A stretch of 43,153 bases of DNA from a virus. How positions within the stretch are numbered: position 1 is the first letter of the stretch; each line of letters opens with the position of its first letter. The position numbers and the translations under genes are program-made. Where the stretch lies: the IMG/VR virus record IMGVR_UViG_3300045988_016831; one strand, 5' to 3'. This document shows, piece after piece, positions 1 to 8,163 of this stretch. The notes beneath the pieces are model-generated. The model was not told the origin of the DNA. It searched no databases and worked only from the letters and a program-made list of their open reading frames with translations.

Positions 1-64
1 AGCTCCACGGTCGGAGAGATGTGGGGCAGCTCCACGGTCAGAAAGATGTATGACAGCTCCACGG
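1..64. repeat. Terminal overlap identical to 43090..43153 (circular closure or terminal redundancy), lying inside the 27-bp tandem array
   Basis: Direct comparison: agctccacggtcggagagatgtggggcagctccacggtcagaaagatgtatgacagctccacgg occurs at both ends. Confidence 0.95.
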
Positions 65-165
65 CAAGGGATTTTAAAAACTATCCAAATATAAAAATCC
101 ACATCCCGAAGGGTGGTAAATTTGAGATGGTTGAGCATGAGGAGAAAAAACCATGCGATTCATAG
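1..165 (+). CDS. C-terminal end of the nonapeptide-repeat protein (continuation of 42397..43153 across the junction)
   Basis: Frame 1 is open from nt 1 (SSTVGEMWG SSTVRKMYD SSTARDFKNYPNIKIHIPKGGKFEMVEHEEKKPCDS) to TAG at 163..165. It is in phase with the ORF leaving the window at 43153 once the 64-nt overlap is removed. Confidence 0.75.
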   Translation, partial: SSTVGEMWGSSTVRKMYDSSTARDFKNYPNIKIHIPKGGKFEMVEHEEKKPCDS

Positions 166-413
166 ACGAAGAGACACTGAAAAAGAGCATAGAAAAGTGG
201 CTGAACCCAGATCCAAACGCAGACAGAATGGTGGATATAGATGACATAGCGGTGTCTGTGATGATGGAGATTGAGGAGCAGCCGACGGCCTATGATGTGG
301 AGAAGGTTGTAAAACAGTTAGACACATACATAACAAAGCTGGTCGGAAGAAATTCTGCACTATATCAGACAGTTATGCAGATTGTGAAAGGCGGTGGAGT
401 AGATGGCAATTAA
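153..413 (+). CDS. Hypothetical protein (86 aa)
   Basis: ORF with GAGGAG upstream of the ATG. Overlaps neighbours in operon style. Confidence 0.6.
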   Translation: MRFIDEETLKKSIEKWLNPDPNADRMVDIDDIAVSVMMEIEEQPTAYDVEKVVKQLDTYITKLVGRNSALYQTVMQIVKGGGVDGN

Positions 414-1032
414 ACCCATATTATTCAACACCGAAATGGTGCGGGCGATTTTGGACGGCCAGAAAACCTGTACCCGGCGGGTGGTAAAAACCAGACGAAA
501 AGACGCTTGTGGGTTCTACGTCACGAAAAGACCGGACGGCTCATTTACCGGGGTATATGAATATGACGAAGATGAGAGAATGTTCGAAAATCAGTTGATT
601 CAGTATAAGCCGGGAGACATCCTTTATGTTAGAGAAACATGGTGCGGACTTCCGGTCAATGAAGCAGGTCATTTTCGGGGACATCCCATCTATTATTACA
701 AGGCAGATGGAGATCTGCGACCTGAAGGTTGGAGAGGCGCTTGGCGACCATCTATCCACATGCCGAAAGAAGCGGCGAGAATCTGGCTGAAGGTTACGGA
801 TGTACGGGTGGAGCGGCTACAGGATATCACATTAGAGCAGATTTACAGAGAAGGCGCGGAAGTAGAGGAACCGTTCGTGCTGAACGGAGAAGAAAAAAGA
901 TATGCTTTTTCAGTATTGTGGAACAGCACCATCAAGAAATCTGACCTTGACCGCTACGGATGGGCTGCGAACCCGTGGGTCTGGGTGATAGAATATGAAC
1001 GGTGCGAAAAGCCGGAGGAGGTAAGATCATGA
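403..1032 (+). CDS. ASCH (PUA-like) domain protein
   Basis: N-terminus MAIKPILFNTEMVRAILDGQKTCTRR matches the ASCH signature common in phage early regions. Confidence 0.6.
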   Translation: MAIKPILFNTEMVRAILDGQKTCTRRVVKTRRKDACGFYVTKRPDGSFTGVYEYDEDERMFENQLIQYKPGDILYVRETWCGLPVNEAGHFRGHPIYYYKADGDLRPEGWRGAWRPSIHMPKEAARIWLKVTDVRVERLQDITLEQIYREGAEVEEPFVLNGEEKRYAFSVLWNSTIKKSDLDRYGWAANPWVWVIEYERCEKPEEVRS

Positions 1033-1457
1033 ACGAAAATGAAGCGATTGAACAGCTCCAGGGCGAATACCTTGCAACGAACGGGACAGAAACTCCGGCG
1101 AGGGTGCGGTATCACAACGAAGCACTGGACACGGCTATAGCGGCGCTGAAAGAGGTACAGGAGTACCACGCGACAGGGCACACGCCGAAGATGGTACGTG
1201 AGTTGAGACGTGGGTATCTGAATGCGCACAAACAGGCTGTGCAGCACGCTACGGAACTGGATGAGTATATTAGGCTTGGTGGGCTGGAAGTGTGCAAGGA
1301 GGCTGTGGAGAAGCAGACAGGTAAAAAGCCTACTTCGGTACTTGGGATTTTTGGCGGAACAGAAAACGAATGCAAGAATTGCGGAAACGATGTGAGGTAT
1401 AGAGACGAATACTGCCGGTGGTGTGGTCAGAAATTAGATTGGAGTGATGGGGAATGA
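1029..1457 (+). CDS. Hypothetical protein with C-terminal zinc ribbon
   Basis: ATG 1029 preceded by GGAGGAGG. C-terminal CKNCG...CRWCG motif. ATGA overlap with the next gene. Confidence 0.6.
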   Translation: MNENEAIEQLQGEYLATNGTETPARVRYHNEALDTAIAALKEVQEYHATGHTPKMVRELRRGYLNAHKQAVQHATELDEYIRLGGLEVCKEAVEKQTGKKPTSVLGIFGGTENECKNCGNDVRYRDEYCRWCGQKLDWSDGE

Positions 1458-1750
1458 GTGAAATGGTGAGATGTATCGACTGCAAGCACCTTATACGTGA
1501 TGGCTGGTGCGAACGGATAGCAGACAGTCCACATGAAGATCTGGATCGACGGTGTGCCTTTTTCCAGACAGTCACCAAGGCCGACCGTATCCGGTGCATG
1601 ACTGATGATGAGCTTGCGGCGCTTCTGTGCGGTATATCTTCGCATCTAGAGGAAGGGCGTTGCGAGCTGTGCATTGCGGCACCGTATTGCAGAGCAGGAC
1701 ACACCGGATTCCTGGACTGGCTGAAGGAGGAAGTCAATGCCAAAGACTAA
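1454..1750 (+). CDS. Cys-rich hypothetical protein (98 aa)
   Basis: ORF coupled by ATGA overlap. Multiple Cys pairs (CIDCKH..., CELCIAAPYC). Confidence 0.55.
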   Translation: MSEMVRCIDCKHLIRDGWCERIADSPHEDLDRRCAFFQTVTKADRIRCMTDDELAALLCGISSHLEEGRCELCIAAPYCRAGHTGFLDWLKEEVNAKD

Positions 1751-1886
1751 AGAAATCTGCCAAGACTGCGGAAAAATATTTATCGGTGGGCCAGATGCTT
1801 TTTTCTGCAAGGAGTGCAGATACCGCAGAGTGGAAGAAGGAAAAATGAGAGGAAGATTGAGACGTGAGCAAAAGTCGAGCAAGTAA
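1737..1886 (+). CDS. Small zinc-ribbon protein (49 aa; below the ORF-track cutoff)
   Basis: ATG 1737 with AGGAGG 8 nt upstream. Translation MPKTKEICQDCGKIFIGGPDAFFCKECRYRRVEEGKMRGRLRREQKSSK carries CxxC...CxxC. Confidence 0.5.
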   Translation: MPKTKEICQDCGKIFIGGPDAFFCKECRYRRVEEGKMRGRLRREQKSSK

Positions 1887-1970
1887 ACAGAACGGCTACT
1901 TTGCCGCCGTGTCAAGGCAGAGAAACGATGTATATAAGACCCAGAGAGGGAGAAAGAGGAGGAAAGGTTG

Positions 1971-2873
1971 ATGCATATAGGGTTACATGACGCGGAAAAA
2001 GACCACATGAAGCATAAGACATTCCCCAATCTGGCACTTATGAAGCTATCAGCATGGCACAAGGAGCGAGGGGATGTTGTGGAATGGTGGAACCCCCTGT
2101 ATCATTATGACAGGGTGTATAGCAGCAAGGTGTTCGATTTCACTCCGGAAAATCCGTACCTGCCAGAAAATGCAATTCGTGGCGGTACTGGGTATAGGGA
2201 TATACCCATAAACAAGACACTTCCGGATGAAGTGGATGATACGAAACCAGATTACAGTATATATCCGGACTGCGATTATGCGATCGGGTATCTTACCCGT
2301 GGATGTGTCAGGAATTGCCGATGGTGTGTGGTGCCAAAGAAAGAGGGGCAGATCAGGCCATACCGACATTGGGAAGAAATTGTTCGGACGGATACGGATA
2401 AGCTGGTGTTAATGGACAATAACATATTGGCCTGTGCTCACGGCCTGTCTGAATTGGATGCACTTGTGGGCTCTGGATATCGCATAGATCTCAACCAGGG
2501 TATGGATGCAAGACTTGTGACTGATGATGTGGCGCATCTGTTAGCAAGGATGAAATGGATACGATATATCCGGTTCTCGTGCGACACCAAAGCACAGATT
2601 GAGCCAGTTTGCAAGACTATAGAATCACTTGGACGATACGGGGTCAAGCCATATCGGGTGTTCATCTATTTGCTGGTCACTCCTGATATACAAGATGCCG
2701 TGAAGAGAGTAGAGGCATTGAAAAAGTATGCAGGAATTAACCTGTATGCGCAGGCGGAGCGGAATGAGCGGCTTGGTATCATACCGAGTGCTGAACAGCT
2801 TGAATTTGCACAGAGATATATATACGGTGGGTCATACCGAAAAATGACATGGGAAGAATATAAGAGACGATAG
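1971..2873 (+). CDS. Radical SAM superfamily protein (unknown substrate)
   Basis: CVRNCRWC (CX3CX2C) at nt 2304..2327, preceded by a Rossmann-like N-region (PNLALMKLSAWHKERGDVV). GAGGAGG 8 nt before ATG 1971. Confidence 0.65.
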   Translation: MHIGLHDAEKDHMKHKTFPNLALMKLSAWHKERGDVVEWWNPLYHYDRVYSSKVFDFTPENPYLPENAIRGGTGYRDIPINKTLPDEVDDTKPDYSIYPDCDYAIGYLTRGCVRNCRWCVVPKKEGQIRPYRHWEEIVRTDTDKLVLMDNNILACAHGLSELDALVGSGYRIDLNQGMDARLVTDDVAHLLARMKWIRYIRFSCDTKAQIEPVCKTIESLGRYGVKPYRVFIYLLVTPDIQDAVKRVEALKKYAGINLYAQAERNERLGIIPSAEQLEFAQRYIYGGSYRKMTWEEYKRR

Positions 2874-2928
2874 AAAGGAGACCAACCTCCGGCCGGGGTA
2901 AGGGTATACCGGGTTTCCAGAAAAAATC

Positions 2929-3774
2929 ATGAAAACAAAATGTGAGATTTACAGAGACTCTATGCAAAACTACAAGAAGTATGGGATTCCGCGGGCACAG
3001 CTTGTCATTGCTGATGTGCCTTACAATGTCGGCTCTAACTTTTACGGAAGCAGTCCTCAATGGTACAACGGCGGTGACAACGCCAATGGCGAAAGCAAGC
3101 TGGCTGGAAAGGCGGCGTTTAATTCGGATTTCAACTTCAACCTGTATGAGTATTTCCATTTCTGCTCCCGAATGCTGCGGAAAGACGACACCAAGAAATC
3201 TATTAGAGGGCGGAGCAGTGACAGCCCGTGCATGATTGTATTCTGCGCCTTTGAGCAGTTGCAGACCTTGATAGCCGCAGCTTCCAAGCATGGATTCGTC
3301 CACTATATACCGCTGGTATTCGTTAAAAACTATAGCCCGCAGGTCTTAAAGGCAAATATGCGGGTGGTAGGAGCCACGGAGTACGCCCTGGTATTCTATC
3401 GGGACAGGCTTCCGAAGTTCAGAAACGGTGCACAGCGGGACGAGAACGGCAAGACAATCCGGGGCACCGGGAAGATGGTGTTTAACTGGTTCTCCTGGGA
3501 GAGGGACGGGAAGGACATCCCGAAGATTCATCCGGCACAGAAGCCCGTTGCAATCCTGAAAAGACTGATCGAGATCTTTACAGATCCGGGTGATGTGGTA
3601 ATTGACCCGTGCTGCGGCTCCGGCTCAACGCTCCGGGCGGCAGCAGAACTTGGGCGCAATGCCTACGGGTTCGAGATTGACCGGACATTCTATGAGCGGG
3701 CGAAAAATGAAATGCTGGTATTCGAGGAGGACGGCCAGATGGAAATTACAGATTTTTTGGAGGATAAGGCATGA
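2929..3774 (+). CDS. Beta-class amino (N6-A or N4-C) DNA methyltransferase
   Basis: Catalytic-type motif IADVPYN near the N-terminus. HPAQKPVAILKRLI and SAM motif DPCCGSGST near the C-terminus (motif IV before motif I). Confidence 0.8.
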   Translation: MKTKCEIYRDSMQNYKKYGIPRAQLVIADVPYNVGSNFYGSSPQWYNGGDNANGESKLAGKAAFNSDFNFNLYEYFHFCSRMLRKDDTKKSIRGRSSDSPCMIVFCAFEQLQTLIAAASKHGFVHYIPLVFVKNYSPQVLKANMRVVGATEYALVFYRDRLPKFRNGAQRDENGKTIRGTGKMVFNWFSWERDGKDIPKIHPAQKPVAILKRLIEIFTDPGDVVIDPCCGSGSTLRAAAELGRNAYGFEIDRTFYERAKNEMLVFEEDGQMEITDFLEDKA

Positions 3775-4058
3775 ACATCTACATCAGCGGCCCCATGCGG
3801 GGCGTAGACAACTACCGTGAGAAATTTGAGCGGGCAAAAAGAATCATCGAAGAAGGCGGACACAAGGTTATCAATCCGGCAGGACTTGACCTGTATGGCC
3901 TTACCAGGGAGCAAATACTCAACGTGGATCTGGTGCTGCTGGACTTGTGTGACACAATCTATATGCTGAAAGGCTGGGAGCAGTCCTGCGGAGCAAACCG
4001 GGAATACGGGTATGCACTTGGCAAGGGGCTGGACATTATGCTTGAGAGGGACGAGTGA
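3771..4058 (+). CDS. DUF4406 / nucleoside 2-deoxyribosyltransferase-like protein
   Basis: MNIYISGPMRG... and ...MLKGWEQSCGANREYGYA match DUF4406 signatures. ATGA overlaps with both flanking MTase genes. Confidence 0.6.
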   Translation: MNIYISGPMRGVDNYREKFERAKRIIEEGGHKVINPAGLDLYGLTREQILNVDLVLLDLCDTIYMLKGWEQSCGANREYGYALGKGLDIMLERDE

Positions 4059-5746
4059 TGATTAACGGAGAGATTATCGTCGATAACTTTGCCGGTGGAG
4101 GCGGAGCGTCTACAGGGATAGAGATTGCGACCGGGTACAGTGTTGATATAGCCATCAACCATGACCCGGAAGCTATCCGGATGCATAAGTCCAACCACCC
4201 AAACACAAAGCATTACTGCGAGGACGTCTGGCAGGTGGATCCGGTCAAGGCCTGTAAAGGGAATCCGGTTGCGCTTGCGTGGTTTTCGCCGGATTGCAAG
4301 CATTTCAGCAAGGCCAAGGGTGGAAAGCCCAAGGACAAGTTCATTCGCGGCCTGGCTTGGGTAGCCTGCCGATGGGCGGGGCTTGTTAGGCCGAGGGTGA
4401 TCATGTTGGAAAATGTGGAAGAGTTCAAGACCTGGGGTCCGCTGAACCGAGGCCATAGACCGATTAAGGCCAAGCAGGGCGTGACATTCCGGCGATTTAT
4501 TCAGCAGTTGGAAGATCTGGGCTATGAGGTACAGTTCCGGGAGCTGGTGGCTGCTGACTATGGAGCGCCAACCATGCGAAAGAGATTCTTCCTGATTGCC
4601 CGGTGTGATGGTAGGCCGATTGTGTGGCCGGAGCCTACACATGGGCCAGTGGACAGCGAAGCGGTCAAGGCCGGACTGCTCAAGCCCTATGTTGGAGCAT
4701 ACACACAGATAGATTTCAACCGGCCTTGCCCGTCAATTTTTGACACGTCGGAAGAAATCAAAGAGAAGTACGGAATCCGGGCGGTCAGACCGCTTGCACC
4801 AAAGACGATGGACAGAATAGCCCGTGGCTTGAAAAAATTTGTGTTGGACAACCCGGAACCGTTTATTGTCCAATGTAATCATGGAGGGGAACGTAAAGCG
4901 GGCGATATCCGGGAACCGCTTCCGACAATTACGGGCAAGCATGGATATGGGATTGCAGTGCCCAAACTGGCCCCGATAATCGATAAGGCTTATGGCGGTA
5001 ATTATGCCGGCAGTGGAAGCAGGGCAGATGAACCTATAGACACCATCACGACGGTAGACCACAATCGGCTGGTGGAAGCGACCCTTGCACCGTGTATCAT
5101 GTGTAACAACGAGAATAATGTCGGGGCGAATGTAGAAAACCCGCTCCCGACTATTACGACAGGGAACCGGAACTATCATTCCGAGACAGCCAAGGACGAG
5201 GTGCGCGGGCAGACTATCACGGATCCGATTATGACGGTGGACTCTTCCAACAGGTACGGACTGGTGACATCATTCCTGAGTAAGTTCTACAAGTCTGGCA
5301 CAGGACAGGACTTGCGGGAGCCGCTACATACCGTGACCACATCCCCGGGACACTTCGGGGAGGTAAGAGCCTTTTTGATTAAATACTACGGGCAAGGCAC
5401 CGGGCAGGATATTAAAGACCCGCTTGATACAGTTACAGCACAGGATCGCTTCGGACTTGTAACGATTGACGGCACAGATTACAAGATAGTGGATATTGGC
5501 CTGCGAATGCTGGAACCGCGAGAGTTATACGGCTGTCAGGGATTTCCGGAAGATTATATCATCGACCACGACTACACAGGAAAATCGTATAGCCGGAGCG
5601 AGCAGGTCAAGCGGTGCGGGAATGCCGTGTGTCCGCCGATTCCTGCGGCGCTGGTGCGGGCTAATCTTCCAGAGCTGTGCGTTGCAAAAAGAACAGGGAA
5701 CATCATGATACGGGAAGAGGACACAGGCCAGTTACGGCTGGCGTAA
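4055..5746 (+). CDS. DNA (cytosine-5)-methyltransferase with expanded variable region
   Basis: Motif I DNFAGGGG, motif IV SPDCKHFS, motif VI MLENV, motif VIII QFRE..ADYGAP, motif IX QGFP, motif X GNAVCPP. About 185 aa between VIII and IX carry six [DE]P[LI]xT[IV]T-type repeats. Confidence 0.9.
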   Translation: MMINGEIIVDNFAGGGGASTGIEIATGYSVDIAINHDPEAIRMHKSNHPNTKHYCEDVWQVDPVKACKGNPVALAWFSPDCKHFSKAKGGKPKDKFIRGLAWVACRWAGLVRPRVIMLENVEEFKTWGPLNRGHRPIKAKQGVTFRRFIQQLEDLGYEVQFRELVAADYGAPTMRKRFFLIARCDGRPIVWPEPTHGPVDSEAVKAGLLKPYVGAYTQIDFNRPCPSIFDTSEEIKEKYGIRAVRPLAPKTMDRIARGLKKFVLDNPEPFIVQCNHGGERKAGDIREPLPTITGKHGYGIAVPKLAPIIDKAYGGNYAGSGSRADEPIDTITTVDHNRLVEATLAPCIMCNNENNVGANVENPLPTITTGNRNYHSETAKDEVRGQTITDPIMTVDSSNRYGLVTSFLSKFYKSGTGQDLREPLHTVTTSPGHFGEVRAFLIKYYGQGTGQDIKDPLDTVTAQDRFGLVTIDGTDYKIVDIGLRMLEPRELYGCQGFPEDYIIDHDYTGKSYSRSEQVKRCGNAVCPPIPAALVRANLPELCVAKRTGNIMIREEDTGQLRLA

Positions 5747-5764
5747 AGTGGGGAGGTGAATCTG

Positions 5765-6004
5765 ATGGAGAGGCTTAAACCGTGCCCATTTTGCGGCGGA
5801 AACTTGGAGTTTGTCCGGGAGGAGCATACAAACAAATATGGAAACCGTGTTGTATCGCAATATTGGCTCCATGATGATACAGACTGCATATTAAACGATA
5901 TCTGTATGCCGTTTACTTTGGGGGCTGGTGACGCAGATATAGAAACCGGATATGGCGGAGAATACGCCGAAAAATGGAACAGGAGGGCAAACGATGACAA
6001 ATAG
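5765..6004 (+). CDS. Lar-family restriction alleviation protein
   Basis: MERLKPCPFCGG...AEKWNRRA matches the Lar family. GGGGAGG upstream of ATG 5765 (the ORF track starts at GTG 5756). Confidence 0.7.
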   Translation: MERLKPCPFCGGNLEFVREEHTNKYGNRVVSQYWLHDDTDCILNDICMPFTLGAGDADIETGYGGEYAEKWNRRANDDK

Positions 6005-6024
6005 AGAAGCGCATAAAGGCGAAC

Positions 6025-6582
6025 TTGCGGAGGGCAATGAATGACCGGGGGGGGTATCTGAACGGATCCGGATACCCTGACCCGACAGCATACAAGGCGA
6101 TAAAAGAAACGGAGGAAAAAGAGATGGAAGCGAGAAGCGGAGAGCTGTGGAGATATGCAGCTGGAACAACTGAACGAGAGGGTGTAGTGGTAGGTACAGA
6201 TGGCTTTGTGGTGACGATTCTGCCACTATCGGACATCTGCTTTTATGGGTCAATCGAGATAACGACAAGCGCCGGGACTAAGTATGTTCAGCCGCTACGG
6301 TTGACCTACACCACCAAGAAAAATCTGCTGGACCACCTGCGAGATGTGCCAGAGGATACGATGCGCGAGATTAAGACCGCCATCAGCGCAGGGCTTGGCC
6401 TTACTGCAGAGCCGAGCAGGATAGCAACCGTGCCGGACGATGAGGCACGGGATGAAGTGGAAAGGCTTAAGACCGAGAATCAGAGGTTACAAAGTGAGCT
6501 AATAGAATCCACAGTCAGAGCAAAAGTCATGACGGAGCAGTACAACACGCTCCTGGAGCGGTTCTGTGATTCGCTGCGGTAG
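6025..6582 (+). CDS. Hypothetical protein with C-terminal coiled coil
   Basis: ORF. Start ambiguous between TTG 6025 and ATG 6037. GSGYPDPTAYKAI motif and a heptad-like C-terminus. Confidence 0.5.
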   Translation: MRRAMNDRGGYLNGSGYPDPTAYKAIKETEEKEMEARSGELWRYAAGTTEREGVVVGTDGFVVTILPLSDICFYGSIEITTSAGTKYVQPLRLTYTTKKNLLDHLRDVPEDTMREIKTAISAGLGLTAEPSRIATVPDDEARDEVERLKTENQRLQSELIESTVRAKVMTEQYNTLLERFCDSLR

Positions 6583-6672
6583 CAAGTTACCAGCAAGTCA
6601 GAAAATCCAGTAAATAAGCCGTAAAACGACTATGAATCAGGTAATGAGTAAGTTGTCAGCAAATTAAAAATC

Positions 6673-6710
6673 GGGCGGTGAAGTCCCCGACCAAAGTTCT
6701 TTCACCGCCC
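6673..6710. other. Stem-loop in the 180-nt gap upstream of the tyrosine recombinase
   Basis: gggcggtgaa (6673..6682) pairs with ttcaccgccc (6701..6710). There is no T-tract on the + side and an A/T run on the - side. Confidence 0.35.
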
Positions 6711-6762
6711 TGCGCTGGGATTATTATACCATGATTCCCCGGCGAACACAAGGAGGAGAGTT

Positions 6763-7791
6763 ATGGTAGTAGTAGACATCCGGGAAAAGGTAATACATGA
6801 GATAGTCGGAGCAATGGCGCCGATGCTGGACGCTGTCAGGCTTAATATGCTTGAGGGAGCGATCCGCGGTGCGCTACGGGGTATGAAACTGGAAGAAGAG
6901 GATACGGCGTTGACTACAGAGTTGGACGGCACGGACTATATGATCCAGTGCTTCTGCGCCAATAAGAAACTGGAGGGCTGCGCCGATGGAACACTGGAGC
7001 GGTACCGGGATACGGCCAAGAAGTTCTTCCAGACTGTGAACAAGGGATACAAGACGGCCACAAAAGACGATATCAAGGCCTATCTGGCTATTCGGTCTCA
7101 ACAGGTGGCAGCCAATACGGTTATCAACGAAAAGAGAAACCTGTCCAGCTTCTTCACATGGCTGCATGAAGAGGGATACATTAACAAGAATCCTATCAAG
7201 GGCATCAAGGTTCGCGCTGAGGACGTGGAACTGATATACTTTACAACCCAGGAAGAAATAGCGATCCGCGATACCTGTTGCAATCTGCGCGACAAGGCAT
7301 TGATAGCGTTTCTGCTTTCAACAGGTGTCCGGGTGGGTGAATTGGCGGCACTGGATAGGTCAGACGTGGATCTGGAATCCAACAGCGTCACATTCCGCGG
7401 GGAGAAGTCCAGAAAAGGCAAGTTTCGCACGGTATATCTGGACGAATATGCAAGGCGGTATCTGCGGGCATATCTCGTGGCAAGGACGGATTTTAACCCC
7501 GCGCTGTTTGTTTCTACCAGGTGTTACGATGGGCAGCCCAGGCGGCTGACAGAAGCAGGTATTGAGAAGATTACAAAGACAGTTACAGAAAGGGCAGGAG
7601 TCACCAAGAAGGGAACTGTACATATTTTCCGCAAGACTTTTGCAACCAGAATGGCAGATCGCGGATGCCCGCTAAACGTGATTCAAGATCTGCTTGGTCA
7701 TGCGGATCTTGGCACAACGATGAAGTGCTATGTGGCAAAAATTCCGGAACGGAACCGGGAAGAGTGGCGGCGGTATGTGTTTGCCGCATAG
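6763..7791 (+). CDS. Tyrosine site-specific recombinase (XerC/D-phage integrase family)
   Basis: STGVRVGEL (Arg), HIFRKTFAT (HxxR) and LLGHADLGTTMKCY (His, Tyr nucleophile). AAGGAGG before the ATG. Confidence 0.85.
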   Translation: MVVVDIREKVIHEIVGAMAPMLDAVRLNMLEGAIRGALRGMKLEEEDTALTTELDGTDYMIQCFCANKKLEGCADGTLERYRDTAKKFFQTVNKGYKTATKDDIKAYLAIRSQQVAANTVINEKRNLSSFFTWLHEEGYINKNPIKGIKVRAEDVELIYFTTQEEIAIRDTCCNLRDKALIAFLLSTGVRVGELAALDRSDVDLESNSVTFRGEKSRKGKFRTVYLDEYARRYLRAYLVARTDFNPALFVSTRCYDGQPRRLTEAGIEKITKTVTERAGVTKKGTVHIFRKTFATRMADRGCPLNVIQDLLGHADLGTTMKCYVAKIPERNREEWRRYVFAA

Positions 7792-7805
7792 AGAGGAGTG
7801 AGAGG

Positions 7806-8105
7806 ATGCGGAACCGTTACAAGAAACTAGAAGATCATGGTGTGTACCCGGAGGATGTTAAGACGCTTCTGGAGCGGTGCAAAAAAGCTACACCAGAGGA
7901 GCGCCACTGGCTACTCCACGCTTGCATTGACGCTTCACCAGAGGGAATGGAGTTTCTGGTATACGAAAGCCTTGCAATGGGGAAGAGCTATGACCAGATA
8001 TCCCGGACAGATTATATTCCGATGAAGTCCGATGACTTCTACGGATACAGACGCAAGGCAATGTCCAAGTTCTATGATTTCCTGCGGATGTATGGCCGGG
8101 TCTGA
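7806..8105 (+). CDS. Small HTH protein, possible sigma-region-4/ArpU-like late regulator
   Basis: ATG 7806 after GAGAGGAG. The sequence ...ESLAMGKSYDQISRTDY...YGYRRKAMSKF resembles region-4-type HTH. Position upstream of the packaging genes fits. Confidence 0.4.
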   Translation: MRNRYKKLEDHGVYPEDVKTLLERCKKATPEERHWLLHACIDASPEGMEFLVYESLAMGKSYDQISRTDYIPMKSDDFYGYRRKAMSKFYDFLRMYGRV

Positions 8106-8163
8106 ACGTGGTGAGGAGAAAAACGTGGGGATATAGGATAATAGAGGAAGATGGAGGAGTAGC

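Noticed and set aside
7665-8105. Long 146-aa version of the ORF upstream of the ParB-MTase
   Set aside because: Its first 47 codons overlap the end of the tyrosine recombinase gene in another frame. ATG 7806 with the GAGAGGAG RBS gives a compact 99-aa HTH protein.
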